NCBI GenBank assembly: GCA_041576165.1
Contig: JBFGLM010000003.1
Location: 32,001 to 96,000 of the forward strand
Source of the DNA: Acidimicrobiia bacterium
GTDB taxonomy: Bacteria > Actinomycetota > Acidimicrobiia > Spongiisociales > Spongiisociaceae
Direction: 5' to 3'
DNA length: 64,000 nucleotides
In this document: in pieces, positions 28,506 to 38,683 of the stretch
How the letters are laid out: each line of letters opens with the position of its first letter
Position numbering within the stretch: the stretch's first letter is position 1
The notes under the pieces: generated by a model
Database searches by the model: none
Told to the model about the DNA's origin: nothing
The model's input: only the letters and a program-made list of their open reading frames with translations
Position numbers and translations under genes: made by a program

Positions 28506-29795
28506 GTGGAATACATCAAAGCTCCCGTCCGCCCGCCGGATCAGGTCACCGACGAGGTGCGGTCGACGGTGTCGCAGATAATCAGTGAGGTCGAACGGGA
28601 CGGCGACAAGGCGGTTCGGCGCTACTCCGAGCGGTTCGACAACTGGAGTCCAGAGTCTTTCCGAGTGCAGCAGCCGACGATCGATCGGGCCTACGAGGAC
28701 ATGCACGCCGACGATGAGGTGCACAACGCGTCCCGTTTCCTGATCGAACAGGTGCGCAACTTCGCCCAGTTGCAGCGCGACACCTTGGTCGACTTCGAAA
28801 CCGAAACCCTGCCCGGCGTCTTCCTCGGGCAGAAACACATACCCATCAACAACGTCGGTGCCTACTCGCCCGGCGGCCTCTACCCGCTCATTGCCTCGGC
28901 GGTCATGACGGTCGCCACCGGTAAGGTCGCCGGAGTGCCGCGGGTGGTGGCAGCTGCGCCGCCCAAGGACGCCAAGGGCATCCATCCGCCGCAGCTATGG
29001 GCGATGGCCGAGTCCGGCGCCGATGAGATCTTTTGTGTAGGCGGTGTACAAGCACTGGCCGGCATGGCTTTCGGCCTCGAGGACAGTGAACCGGTCGACA
29101 TGATCGTGGGTCCGGGCAACGCCTACGTCGCTGAAGCGAAACGCCAGCTTTTCGGTCTAGTTGGGATCGACCTCCTCGCCGGACCCACCGAAATCATGAT
29201 CATCGCCGACGAAACCGGCGACCCCGGGATCCTGGCGTGTGATTTGCTGGGCCAGGCAGAGCACGGTCCCACCTCACCCGCCATCCTCGCTACCACCAGC
29301 GAAGAGGTCGGCCGGGAGACCATCAAAGAGGTCGAGAGGTGGCTCGAGTCGTGGCCGACGGCCGACGTCTCCCGCCGGGCCTGGGAGGACTACGGCACCG
29401 TCATCCTCGTCAACGACCACAGTGAGCTGGCCCGGGTTGCCGATGACATTGCGCCCGAGCACCTGGAGGTCCATACGTCGAATGATCAGTGGTTTGTCGA
29501 CAACCTCAAGAACTACGGGTCGCTGTTCATCGGTACTCAGGCGACTGTTGCGTTCTCGGACAAGGGCATCGGGACGAATCACACCCTGCCGACGATGCGG
29601 GCCGCCAGATATACCGGTGGACTATGGGTCGGCAAATTCCTGAAGACCGTGACGACCCAGCGGTGTACGCCGCAGGGTTCCAGCATCGTGGCGGAGCCCA
29701 CCGCGGTAGTGGCCGATGCAGAGCTGATGTTCGGACACGCGGTCAGCTCCCGTCTTCGCCTCAATCCGGAGTATTTCCCGGACGCCGTGCGATGA
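28506..29795 (+). CDS. Histidinol dehydrogenase-family alcohol dehydrogenase (HpsN-like branch)
   Basis: GAYSPGG, GGVQALA, GPGNAYVAEAKRQL, AGPTE, DLLGQAEHG, APEHL, DKGIGTNHTLPT. Not in a his operon. Confidence 0.85.
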   Translation: MEYIKAPVRPPDQVTDEVRSTVSQIISEVERDGDKAVRRYSERFDNWSPESFRVQQPTIDRAYEDMHADDEVHNASRFLIEQVRNFAQLQRDTLVDFETETLPGVFLGQKHIPINNVGAYSPGGLYPLIASAVMTVATGKVAGVPRVVAAAPPKDAKGIHPPQLWAMAESGADEIFCVGGVQALAGMAFGLEDSEPVDMIVGPGNAYVAEAKRQLFGLVGIDLLAGPTEIMIIADETGDPGILACDLLGQAEHGPTSPAILATTSEEVGRETIKEVERWLESWPTADVSRRAWEDYGTVILVNDHSELARVADDIAPEHLEVHTSNDQWFVDNLKNYGSLFIGTQATVAFSDKGIGTNHTLPTMRAARYTGGLWVGKFLKTVTTQRCTPQGSSIVAEPTAVVADAELMFGHAVSSRLRLNPEYFPDAVR

Positions 29796-30562
29796 GCGGA
29801 GTAACGATCGTCACGGGTGCCAGTCAGGGGATCGGTCGGGCCATTGCTCTCGGGTTTGCCCGCCAAGGCGGTGCGGTGGTGCTGGCTGCGCGCAACCGCG
29901 ACAACCTGCACACTGTGTCGCGAGAAGTTGTTGAGGCGGGTGGCACACCGATGGTCGTGCCGACCGACGTCTCGGATCGGGACAGCGTGGAGCACATGGT
30001 CGCTACGGTGATCGAGGAACACGGACGCGTTGACACGATGGTCAACAACAGCGGGATCGGTGGCCCGTCGGCCTGCCTGTGGGAGATAGACGAGTCCGAT
30101 TGGGACCGGACGATGGATGTGAACGTGAAGGGCGTGTTCCTGGGCTGCCGGGCGGTGATCCCGCACATGATCCGTCAGAGCAGCGGTTCCATCATTGTGA
30201 TCGGATCAATCAGCGGGAAGCGGCCTCTGTACGGGCGTACCCCCTACACGACTTCCAAGATGGCGCTGGTGGGACTGGTCCGGACTCTCGCAATGGAGGT
30301 TGGCGAGTATGGGATTCGGGCGAACCTGATCTCGCCCGGGTTCGTGTCCGGACCCCGCATCGATTGGGTCATCGGCGCTCAGGCGGAGGCACGCGGCATC
30401 ACCGAGGCGGAGGTGCGGGCGGAGTTCGAGAATCAAAGCCCGCTGCAACAGTTGACCGAGGCCGGCGACATCGCGGACATGTGCGTGTTCCTGGCCTCCG
30501 ATCGGGCCAAAGCGATCACCGGAACGGACATGAACGTGAATGCCGGTGTGGTGATGTATTGA
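29792..30562 (+). CDS. SDR family oxidoreductase
   Basis: TGASQGIG, NNSGI, YTTSK catalytic YxxxK, ISPG. Confidence 0.93.
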   Translation: MSGVTIVTGASQGIGRAIALGFARQGGAVVLAARNRDNLHTVSREVVEAGGTPMVVPTDVSDRDSVEHMVATVIEEHGRVDTMVNNSGIGGPSACLWEIDESDWDRTMDVNVKGVFLGCRAVIPHMIRQSSGSIIVIGSISGKRPLYGRTPYTTSKMALVGLVRTLAMEVGEYGIRANLISPGFVSGPRIDWVIGAQAEARGITEAEVRAEFENQSPLQQLTEAGDIADMCVFLASDRAKAITGTDMNVNAGVVMY

Positions 30563-30587
30563 TCGAAGCGGACGGAGGAGGCACAAC

Positions 30588-31274
30588 ATGTCGCGACTCG
30601 TAGATCTTTCCCAGCCCATATACGAAGGGATGATGGTTTATCCGGGACACCTCAAGACGGTGACGTTCCAGCACGCGACCCATGAAGAGACCGCCCCCCG
30701 GTTCGAAAGCGACTTCAGCTTCCAGACCTGGGGTTTCATTCTCAACGACAACGGACCGACGCACGTGGATGCTTGGTCGCATCTCGATCCGGATCCCAAC
30801 GCCGACTCGATCGAGAAGATGCCACTGGAGTTGTTCTACGGCCCGGCGCTGTGCCTCGACGTGTCCCAAGCTGCCCCGCGCACCGACATCACCGCCGAAC
30901 ACTTGGATGAGGCCCTCGACAAGTCCGGTCTGGCGCTGAACGAGGGCGACATGTGCTTCTTCTACACGGGGACGTACGACCGCTACGCCGGAAAACCCGA
31001 GTATCTGACGGATTTCGCCGGGATCGGTGAAACGGGTGCCCGCTGGATCGTAGACAAGGGCATCAAGACTTTCGGGGTGGATTCACCCACGCCGGACAAT
31101 CCGGCGTCAACGACCTATCCGGTGCATCTGATGAGCCGGGATGAGCGCATCACGCACTATGAGAATCTGGTGCTCACCGAGGTGGTGGGGACCCGTTTCA
31201 CGTTCGTGGGCTTTCCCCTGAAGGTGGTCGGAGCGCATGGCGGCCCCACTCGGGCGGTAGCGATCATCGACTGA
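30588..31274 (+). CDS. Cyclase family (kynurenine formamidase-like) metal hydrolase
   Basis: LVDLSQPI, GPTHVDAWSH, FGVDSPTPD, HYENL, GGPTRAVA. Confidence 0.9.
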   Translation: MSRLVDLSQPIYEGMMVYPGHLKTVTFQHATHEETAPRFESDFSFQTWGFILNDNGPTHVDAWSHLDPDPNADSIEKMPLELFYGPALCLDVSQAAPRTDITAEHLDEALDKSGLALNEGDMCFFYTGTYDRYAGKPEYLTDFAGIGETGARWIVDKGIKTFGVDSPTPDNPASTTYPVHLMSRDERITHYENLVLTEVVGTRFTFVGFPLKVVGAHGGPTRAVAIID

Positions 31275-31335
31275 GTCGCCGCGAGGACGGTGGTGGCCCC
31301 GGACCGTTCGAGAGCGACTCCACCTCCGCCGGGCC

Positions 31336-32691
31336 TCAGGGCGACCAGGTTGCGTTGATCCCGTCGGCGATCAGTATGGGTGATCCTGAGTCAATTGGTT
31401 GGACCCAGATGCCGGCCGCTCCGCCGTGGGTGCCTCCGGCGTAGACGAAGGCAGACGAGTCGGGCGACCAGAGAGAAACGCTGCGCTCGTACTGGTCGAA
31501 GAAGCTGAGGTAGCCGTTGCCGAACCGCGACGTCGGTGTGAACGCTTCGTAAGTGGTGGCGCCCGATCCATTCCACTCGTGCCATTGAATCTTCTGTATC
31601 CCGTCCATGAATGCGATGGTGCTGAACAGCAAGTGCTCGCCGTCGGGGCTCCAGGCCCATGAGACCGCCCGACCTTCGGCCACCGGAGTGACCGCGCCGT
31701 CCTCGAGGTCGATCACCACCAGATTCTCCGGCACCAGGATGGGGAGATCGGACAGGGTGGATTCGCTGATTTCGACGCCTTCGGGGGTCCAGGTGCTCAT
31801 CACTGCCAGCCGGTCAGTGTGTTCGTGGGTGACGACCGCCGCCGGGGCACTGAATCGGATCAGAGGGAGAGGATTGACCCCATTGGGACTGGCCACGGTG
31901 AGTATCTCTCCTACCTCACCGCCGTCGACCGAGTAGATGATGCGTTCGCCGGTGTGAGTTCCCACCCGGAACTGTCCATCCGTGGGGATGGTGGTCAGCG
32001 TCTCACCGGTGAGCGCGATCAACTCGAACCGCTCCTCGATGTGTACGAGAAGTGCGTCGCTGTCTGGTGCCCAGTCGACGTACATAGGTGCGCCAGTGCC
32101 GATGATGGCCGCCGCCTGGCCGGCCTGAGCTACCGCCAGCTGCATCTCGCCCCAGAAATCGTTACCCATGAACGCGACCGACGCACCGTCCGGTGACCAG
32201 GCGAGGTACTGGGCTTGGATCGGGGAATCAGCACGGCTTTGCTCGGCGCCGTCGGCCGACGCGATCACCAGCTGGTAAGAGTCCTCGCCGATCTCTTCGG
32301 TCCATGCAATCCGACTGCCGTCCGGCGACCACGTCGGCTGCGCGCGCCGGACATCGTTGGCCGGAGCGATGACCACCGGCCGGCTGCCGTCGGGTTGTAC
32401 GGTGAAGATGGACCAGTCCCTTCCCAAAACCAGAATCCGCCCGGCGACATCTCGCACCCGCATGTGGTCGGCTTCAGACACGACATCAAGGCTCGGGGTA
32501 GTTGTCGGCGCCGGCGTTGTCGCCGGCGGATCGAAATCCGGCAGCGCCGTCTGTTCAGGAGGGCGCTGGTTCGTGCAAGCGGCCGCGGCGAGGGCAACGA
32601 CGAGGATGGCGGCGCTGATCCTCGAGCGCGGTCGGGGGCGGCCACCGGACGAGGTGGGGACGCCCAACCCGGGAATGGTCTGGCGCTCCAT
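31336..32691 (-). CDS. TolB-like beta-propeller lipoprotein
   Basis: Lipobox AAAC and repeated W[SA]PD motifs. Confidence 0.8.
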   Translation of the reverse strand: MERQTIPGLGVPTSSGGRPRPRSRISAAILVVALAAAACTNQRPPEQTALPDFDPPATTPAPTTTPSLDVVSEADHMRVRDVAGRILVLGRDWSIFTVQPDGSRPVVIAPANDVRRAQPTWSPDGSRIAWTEEIGEDSYQLVIASADGAEQSRADSPIQAQYLAWSPDGASVAFMGNDFWGEMQLAVAQAGQAAAIIGTGAPMYVDWAPDSDALLVHIEERFELIALTGETLTTIPTDGQFRVGTHTGERIIYSVDGGEVGEILTVASPNGVNPLPLIRFSAPAAVVTHEHTDRLAVMSTWTPEGVEISESTLSDLPILVPENLVVIDLEDGAVTPVAEGRAVSWAWSPDGEHLLFSTIAFMDGIQKIQWHEWNGSGATTYEAFTPTSRFGNGYLSFFDQYERSVSLWSPDSSAFVYAGGTHGGAAGIWVQPIDSGSPILIADGINATWSP

Positions 32692-32693
32692 GG

Positions 32694-33758
32694 TCAAGCT
32701 ATCGGCACCGGAGCGCCGATCCGTACGGATTCGTCGATGGCGAGCGTCACGGCCAGCGTGCGTCGGGCCTCGGCGGCGGTCGGAATGTGACAAGGGCCGC
32801 CGGCGGTCAAATGATCGAGCCATGCCCTGGTTTCGTCTGCCACGCGTCCGAACATTGTTCCCCCCGCCCATTCACCCGAGGTCCGGCTGCCCAGGTACGC
32901 CAGGTTGAGCCGTTGATCGACATAGTCGTTCGAATAGCCGTGCTCGGTGTACAGCACCTGATCCCCGTGGTCCTCTGTAATGAACAACGCGCCGTCGGTA
33001 CCGATTAGTTCAATCCTCGTGGCGAGGCCCGCGATCGGATAGCCGGCCGGAAGCGAATAACTGGTGCCGAAACTGACCACAGCCCCGTCCTCGTACGTCA
33101 CGAGTGCAAATGTGGCGTCGTCGGCCGCGTAGCCCTCACTTCGCAGAATCTTTCCGTGGCCGCGGGCAACGACCTCGACCGGCGGCGCAGGGTGATACCA
33201 GCCGAGCACGTCGATCAGATACGTCAGGATGTCGGCTGCCGGGGTGGCGGACGGTGACCGGTCGAGAATCGCTCGTCCGACCGCAATCGTGTCGTAGGTT
33301 CGGGCCAGACCGCCAACGATCTGACCGACCCTGCCTGCCGACAGCTGTTCTTTCGCCACCGCGTAGCGCTGTGCGTAACGCATGGAGTACGCCACCCGAA
33401 GCTGGCCGTCGTCGGCCGCCTGCAGCAGGCGGTCGGCGTCCTCGAGGGTGAGCGCCAGCGGCTTTTCGACGAGAGTCACACATCCGGCGCTGAGCGCCGC
33501 CAGCACCGGCTCAACGTGGCGGCCTTCCGGTGTGGACACGATCGCAACCCTGATGTCGGGCAGGCTGAGGGTCTGGTGCACATCGGCACTCCAGTGATCG
33601 GCTCTGATCTCCTCGGCCAGGCGGCGGGCCGCAGCGGGATCGACGTCGACCACGGCCAGGAACCCGACCCCGGCGTGCTGGGCGGCCAATCGAGCGCGAT
33701 GACGCCCGATCTTGCCCGCTCCCACCACTGCCAGACCGACCGGGGCGGACCTCTCCAT
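32694..33758 (-). CDS. Gfo/Idh/MocA family oxidoreductase
   Basis: VVGAGKIG, VSTPEGRH, LVEKPLA. Confidence 0.92.
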   Translation of the reverse strand: MERSAPVGLAVVGAGKIGRHRARLAAQHAGVGFLAVVDVDPAAARRLAEEIRADHWSADVHQTLSLPDIRVAIVSTPEGRHVEPVLAALSAGCVTLVEKPLALTLEDADRLLQAADDGQLRVAYSMRYAQRYAVAKEQLSAGRVGQIVGGLARTYDTIAVGRAILDRSPSATPAADILTYLIDVLGWYHPAPPVEVVARGHGKILRSEGYAADDATFALVTYEDGAVVSFGTSYSLPAGYPIAGLATRIELIGTDGALFITEDHGDQVLYTEHGYSNDYVDQRLNLAYLGSRTSGEWAGGTMFGRVADETRAWLDHLTAGGPCHIPTAAEARRTLAVTLAIDESVRIGAPVPIA

Positions 33759-33803
33759 GGTCAGAAAACCGGCGAACGGCCCGACATCGGCCGGTTGATC
33801 ATT

Positions 33804-34868
33804 TCAGTGGGCCGCCGCTCGGTGGGCCCGCAGCGGGTCACGCCCGAAATCTCGTTTCGGGTCCCGCCAGACTGCGTGTACATGATTTCCCGCGTCCTGC
33901 ACGCAGTCGTATTCAACGAGAAGGGTGGGCCCGTGCAGGCGGTAGTAGTGGGGGTCTTCCTCGACATCTGAGCCAGCCCAGGCGAAATGGATCTCGTCGA
34001 GGCCGGCGGCTTCGAGCTTGGCCATCTCACGTTCGGCGGCAGGTTCCGGCAGTCGGGTCACGTAGATCGCGATCAGATCGTCGAGCAACGCCCGCTGCCC
34101 GTCAGCGAGATCCCGGCGGGGTAGGCCGGTGGGAGCGGCGAGATCGAGCGTGAGTGCGTCCTTTTCGTGATCGGCCAAGGAGGAGATCAGCTGCTGGAAG
34201 ATCCCCAGCGGGTGGACATGGTCGCCCGGGCGCATCACCTCCGGCAACTCGGGCAGGCGCTGCGCCACGATGTCGATCGGAGCCGGCGCATCGAGCACCG
34301 CCCGGTCGCGCTGGTCGAGATCGAGCGAAGCGAGCAATGCCCGCGCCGCATCCTCCTCCGGGGCGCAGGCTCGGGTGACGGGATACCCGCCCTTCGTCAC
34401 CCGGGCCGGGTTGGCTCCCAGGAACAGCGGAGTCGACGACACCAGTTCGCCGTCGATGATCACGTTGTTGAGCGAGACGTGGTGGCCCTCGAACTGCCAT
34501 GACCAAGTCCCGGATTCCCCAGGCTCCCCGAAGACCGTGATCCAGTAGCGGAGCGGATCCCGCAGCGAGGTGCGCGTGTATTGCTCGTGGGCGTCGAGCG
34601 GAATATCGAGAGCCATGATGGCCGCGATCTGGGCCAGCGTTGCGTAGTCAACACCGGTCGCGACGAGACGCATTGCCAGTTTCCGTTGCTCGAAGCCCAG
34701 CAGATGCAGTCCGATGCCCGGATAGCTGTCTCCGCTCATTTCACGCGGCCAGTACATCCACAGCTCCCGGCGCCTGTCGTCGAACGGGAGCAGAACCAAC
34801 GCCCGCTCGGCGTCGGTCAGCTCCTCCAAGAACGCCAGCGCCGCGTGCGTCATCGCTGAGGCCGTCAT
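33804..34868 (-). CDS. DUF3500 domain protein
   Basis: YWITVFGEP..WSWQFEGHHVSLN, TPLFLGANP, HYYRLHGP..VEYD..NHVHAVWRDP..DFG. Confidence 0.85.
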   Translation of the reverse strand: MTASAMTHAALAFLEELTDAERALVLLPFDDRRRELWMYWPREMSGDSYPGIGLHLLGFEQRKLAMRLVATGVDYATLAQIAAIMALDIPLDAHEQYTRTSLRDPLRYWITVFGEPGESGTWSWQFEGHHVSLNNVIIDGELVSSTPLFLGANPARVTKGGYPVTRACAPEEDAARALLASLDLDQRDRAVLDAPAPIDIVAQRLPELPEVMRPGDHVHPLGIFQQLISSLADHEKDALTLDLAAPTGLPRRDLADGQRALLDDLIAIYVTRLPEPAAEREMAKLEAAGLDEIHFAWAGSDVEEDPHYYRLHGPTLLVEYDCVQDAGNHVHAVWRDPKRDFGRDPLRAHRAAAH

Positions 34869-35038
34869 GCACTTCCTCCGCCTTCACGCCGGCCGGCTAC
34901 AGCTCCAAATGCCGCACCGGCGCCGGCCCCGAGGCCAATCCAGCCCGGCTGGTTGGTGACGGCAAACAGCGCCGCCCCAACTCCCGCACCGACCGCGACC
35001 GCAACGCCGATCTTTTTGGTCCGTTTTGCATCCGACAT
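34865..35038 (-). CDS. Small glycine-zipper membrane protein
   Basis: MSDAKRTKKIGVAVAVGAGVGAALFAVTNQPGWIGLGAGAGAAFGA. Its stop overlaps the DUF3500 start. Confidence 0.6.
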   Translation of the reverse strand: MSDAKRTKKIGVAVAVGAGVGAALFAVTNQPGWIGLGAGAGAAFGAVAGRREGGGSA

Positions 35039-35087
35039 CTCAGCCACCTTGGTTACACGCCCGCCGCCGGCACCCTACCGACCCCAC

Positions 35088-36833
35088 TCAGGTCGCGGGA
35101 GGGATCACCGGGGCGAGCACAAATGCCGGGTGGTCGGGTCCGAGGTGCAAGGTCGTCGTGCCTCCAAAGATCTCCTTGGGGCGATCGCGGGGATCGTCGT
35201 GCAGGAACGGACCGCACCCCTTCAGCTCGTTCTTGAAGTTCGACAACCGCAGTCCGCTGGTGTCACCATCCCATTCGTAGTCGCGGCCCAAAACGCTGAG
35301 TGCAATGGTGTATCCGGCCGGGACCACGATCGACGTCGGCCAGATCTCGACGTCTAGCTCGTACACGTCTCCCGGCGTCAACGGCTGGTGTTCGTCATGC
35401 GTGTGATACGGGCGCCATGGCTCGCTCAAATCGAGGTCCAATTTGCGATGCGAAGCCCGCAACCAGCCCTGCGCAACCGGCGTGTGCGGATCGATCGCGC
35501 CCTGGAACACCACTTCCTCCCCGGCGGGATCGAAAACCCGGAATACCAGGAACAGGTCGGCGTCTTCCGTCGACGAGGAAACCCACAGCTTGGCTGCCAA
35601 CGGGCCCGTGAACTCGGTGGCAGCTGCCAGCGGTTCACTTCGGAAAGTGACGCCCTCTCCGAGCGCCTCGAAGCTCACGCTGGTGCCGGACGCCGGCGGC
35701 TCGCTGCTGAGACGCATGCCATCCGGCTCGAGGTAATAGCGGGTCCACTCGGTCCTTGGGATCGGCCAATCGACCTCGGCCCGACCTTCAAACCGCCCCC
35801 CTGGATGGCGGATCTGGAGATACACGCGCGGTTGGTCGCTCCAGCCGCTGGCGTCGCCTCTCAGGAAGTGGTTGAAGAATCGCAGCTGGATTTCCCGGCC
35901 GTAATCGGTGTAGAAGTGTGTCCAGTGCTCAATCCCGTGGGCCTCTAGCCACTTCTCTTCGGACGCAGCTCGGTAGTAACCCTCGAAGTTGCCCCGCGGG
36001 TGCAGTCCCTGGCCGCCCCAGTTGGCCGCCGACAGGAATGGGACAGTGATCTTGTCCCACTGTGGCGAGCGATCCTGGTGGTACTGATCGTCCAACGGAT
36101 GCGCCAGGATTTCGTCGCCAAACGCCGCGCGGTTGGCGGCCAGTTCCTCCTCCGGCAGCATTTCGTCGCCGCATATCAACTGGCCGGTTATGGGGTTGCG
36201 CCCGCCCCCTTCGCCGCGCCCGTATTGCACCGTCTTGACCTGCATGTCATACCAGTTGGCCCAGAACGTGCAAAGGATCCCACCGTGATGCGTCATGTCG
36301 CGATACCAATCGGCTGCCCCCTCCCAAATGCACATCGCAGTCAGACTCGGCGGTTGTAGTGACGCCACGTGCCACTGGTTGATGCCGTAGTAGCTGATGC
36401 CGCTGAGGCCAACCCTGCCATTCGACCACGGCTGGACGGCCGTCCACTCGATGCAGTCGTAGAAGTCCTTCGTCTCCCGGGGCGAAAAGTGGTCGATGTG
36501 ACCGGGAGAGCGGCCCGTCCCCCGGGAGTCGACCCGGACACACGCATAGCCGTGCGGTACCCATTTTTCGGGATCGACCACTTCCCAGTTCTGATATTGG
36601 TTGGTGGAGCCGGCGGTCACATCGGGATGTTGCTCCGCCATGCGCTCCCACGCGCTGGGATAACCGACCTGGAAGGGCAAGCCTTTGGCATAGGGCCCAT
36701 ATGAAAGCAACGAGGGGTAGGCGGCGTCGTCGTCTGGTCGGAAGATGTCAGCGCGCAGCACGAGGCCGTCATCCATCTCGATCTCGACGTCCCAGTCGAT
36801 GCGCATCCCATCTCGGACTTCGGACTTGAACAT
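35088..36833 (-). CDS. CocE/NonD family serine hydrolase (peptidase S15)
   Basis: DGLVLRADIFRP, VDSRGTGRSPG, WSNGRVGLSGISYYG nucleophile elbow, PepX_C domain. ATG follows GGAAGG. Confidence 0.92.
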   Translation of the reverse strand: MFKSEVRDGMRIDWDVEIEMDDGLVLRADIFRPDDDAAYPSLLSYGPYAKGLPFQVGYPSAWERMAEQHPDVTAGSTNQYQNWEVVDPEKWVPHGYACVRVDSRGTGRSPGHIDHFSPRETKDFYDCIEWTAVQPWSNGRVGLSGISYYGINQWHVASLQPPSLTAMCIWEGAADWYRDMTHHGGILCTFWANWYDMQVKTVQYGRGEGGGRNPITGQLICGDEMLPEEELAANRAAFGDEILAHPLDDQYHQDRSPQWDKITVPFLSAANWGGQGLHPRGNFEGYYRAASEEKWLEAHGIEHWTHFYTDYGREIQLRFFNHFLRGDASGWSDQPRVYLQIRHPGGRFEGRAEVDWPIPRTEWTRYYLEPDGMRLSSEPPASGTSVSFEALGEGVTFRSEPLAAATEFTGPLAAKLWVSSSTEDADLFLVFRVFDPAGEEVVFQGAIDPHTPVAQGWLRASHRKLDLDLSEPWRPYHTHDEHQPLTPGDVYELDVEIWPTSIVVPAGYTIALSVLGRDYEWDGDTSGLRLSNFKNELKGCGPFLHDDPRDRPKEIFGGTTTLHLGPDHPAFVLAPVIPPAT

Positions 36834-37147
36834 GACGCCTTCCCTCTCTCGACGGCCAGCGAACTCCCAGCCCGCCGGTAGCACGCTACCCGCCATCCGC
36901 GGCAGCGGCACGGGCTCGCCCTGTCAACAACGGTGACAGGGCGACTTCGGACTAATTGAGGGAGGTCGCGTATATTTGAGTAACAGTAATGAAGGTTGCC
37001 CCTGCCATCCGGCGAACGCGGATCAATCGGACAAGTGGGAGCGATCCGTCGCGTTGGTGCGGTGTGCCCCGCGATGCACAGGCACCGCCGGAACAGCAGC
37101 CTGGGTCCAGCCGCCCTCAGGGCCCATCGAGGGAAAGGTAGGAGAGT

Positions 37148-37771
37148 ATGGCCGAAATCGAGTGGGCCGATACGGAGCGCGCGCTGGATGCGGGCGAAGC
37201 CGAGCTGGCGAGCGACGCGGACACGACGGTGCAGGCGATTGGTATGCGGATCCGCCAGCTGCGTATGCAACGCGACAAAACCCTGCAGGCCCTCGCCGAC
37301 ATGACCGGGCTCAGCGCATCCCTGTTGAGCTTGGTGGAGCGCGGTAAGACGAGTCCGTCGATCGGCACCCTCGTCTCGGTATCCAGGGCGCTCGGCGTCC
37401 ACATGAGCGACCTGATCACGACCGCCCCTCCGGCCACCAAAGAGCCCATTGTCCGTGCGGAGGACCAGTCGGTTTACCACACCGCCGAAGGCGGCCAGCG
37501 CCGGGTGGTGGCTGACGATCGGGTGCGGGGCCTGGAGATAGCGCTCAATGATTTCAAGCCGGGCGGATCGAGCGCGGACTCTTCATTGCACCACGGTGGC
37601 TACGAATACGGCATCGTGCTCGACGGGGAGCTCACCGTCACATTGGACGGGCAGGAGTACGTCCTACGACCGGGTGACATGATCTCTTACGAATCGACCC
37701 GGCCTCACCGTATCCGCAACACCGGAAAGCGAGCCGCGAAAGCCGTCTGGGTGAACCTCGACCGATCTTGA
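37148..37771 (+). CDS. XRE-HTH + cupin transcriptional regulator
   Basis: TLQALADMTGLSASLLSLVERGKTSPSIGTL, then a cupin (HHGGYEYGIVLDG...PHRIRN). Confidence 0.92.
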   Translation: MAEIEWADTERALDAGEAELASDADTTVQAIGMRIRQLRMQRDKTLQALADMTGLSASLLSLVERGKTSPSIGTLVSVSRALGVHMSDLITTAPPATKEPIVRAEDQSVYHTAEGGQRRVVADDRVRGLEIALNDFKPGGSSADSSLHHGGYEYGIVLDGELTVTLDGQEYVLRPGDMISYESTRPHRIRNTGKRAAKAVWVNLDRS

Positions 37772-37828
37772 TTTCATTTAGATCAAAGGCGTTTGACCCA
37801 TACTGCGGGCAGCTGGCACACTCGCAGC

Positions 37829-38683
37829 GTGAAGCCGGCACCCTTTGCGTACTTTGCACCTGACAGCCTCGAGGGGGCAATAGAGCTCCTCGAGCAACAT
37901 GCGGATGCGAAGATCCTGGCCGGTGGCCAGAGCCTCGTGCCCACGATGAACTTTCGCCTGGCGCGTCCGCCGGTTCTCGTAGACATCAATCGGATCGCCG
38001 GACTCGACTTCGTCGAACCGCGCAATGGGAGTCTTGAGATCGGAGCCCTTGCCCGCCACGCCCGTTTTGAGACCCCAGTTGCTGCCGGTCTATTGGGTTC
38101 ATCCCTGGCACAGATCGCGCGGTATGTGGGCCACCACCCGATCCGCGTGCGGGGGACCTTCGTTGGGAGCCTTGCCCATGCCGACCCGGCGGCAGAATGG
38201 TGTGTGGTTGCGTCGACTCTCGATGCAACCATGGTGGCGCATGGACCGGCGGGCGTCCGGGAGATCCCAGCGGTCGAATTCTTCGAGACCATGTTCTCGA
38301 CGTCGCTGCAGGAGAACGAGGTCCTCGGTTCGGCGCGAATCCCACTCCTGGGCGATGAGCAGCGCGCGGGCTTCGCCGAATTCGCCCGACGGGCCGGTGA
38401 CTTTGCGCTGGTAATGGCGATGGTCGTGCTCACGGCCCAGGATGGCATAGTGTCCGAGGCGCGCATCGGGCTCGGCGGCGTTGCCGACAGGCCGGTTCGG
38501 GCCCACGCGGCCGAGGCCGCCGTCACCGGATTGCCGCTCGACAGGGAGATTGCCCACGCCGCTGCCGCGGCCGCGGCTGAGTCGATCACGCCGCTGGGCG
38601 ACATTCATGGGTCGACGGAATACCGCACCGACCTGATCCGGGCCATGGTGCGCCGGGCGACGCAGCAGGCCGTCGCGTCATGA
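37829..38683 (+). CDS. Molybdenum hydroxylase FAD-binding (medium) subunit
   Basis: KPAPFAY, AGGQSLVP, RVRGTFVGSLAHADPAAE, RRAGDFA, DIHGSTEYR. Confidence 0.93.
   Translation: MKPAPFAYFAPDSLEGAIELLEQHADAKILAGGQSLVPTMNFRLARPPVLVDINRIAGLDFVEPRNGSLEIGALARHARFETPVAAGLLGSSLAQIARYVGHHPIRVRGTFVGSLAHADPAAEWCVVASTLDATMVAHGPAGVREIPAVEFFETMFSTSLQENEVLGSARIPLLGDEQRAGFAEFARRAGDFALVMAMVVLTAQDGIVSEARIGLGGVADRPVRAHAAEAAVTGLPLDREIAHAAAAAAAESITPLGDIHGSTEYRTDLIRAMVRRATQQAVAS

Noticed and set aside
28506-29795. Biosynthetic hisD
   Set aside because: There is no his-operon context and the motifs fit the HpsN-like branch, so I withheld the gene symbol.
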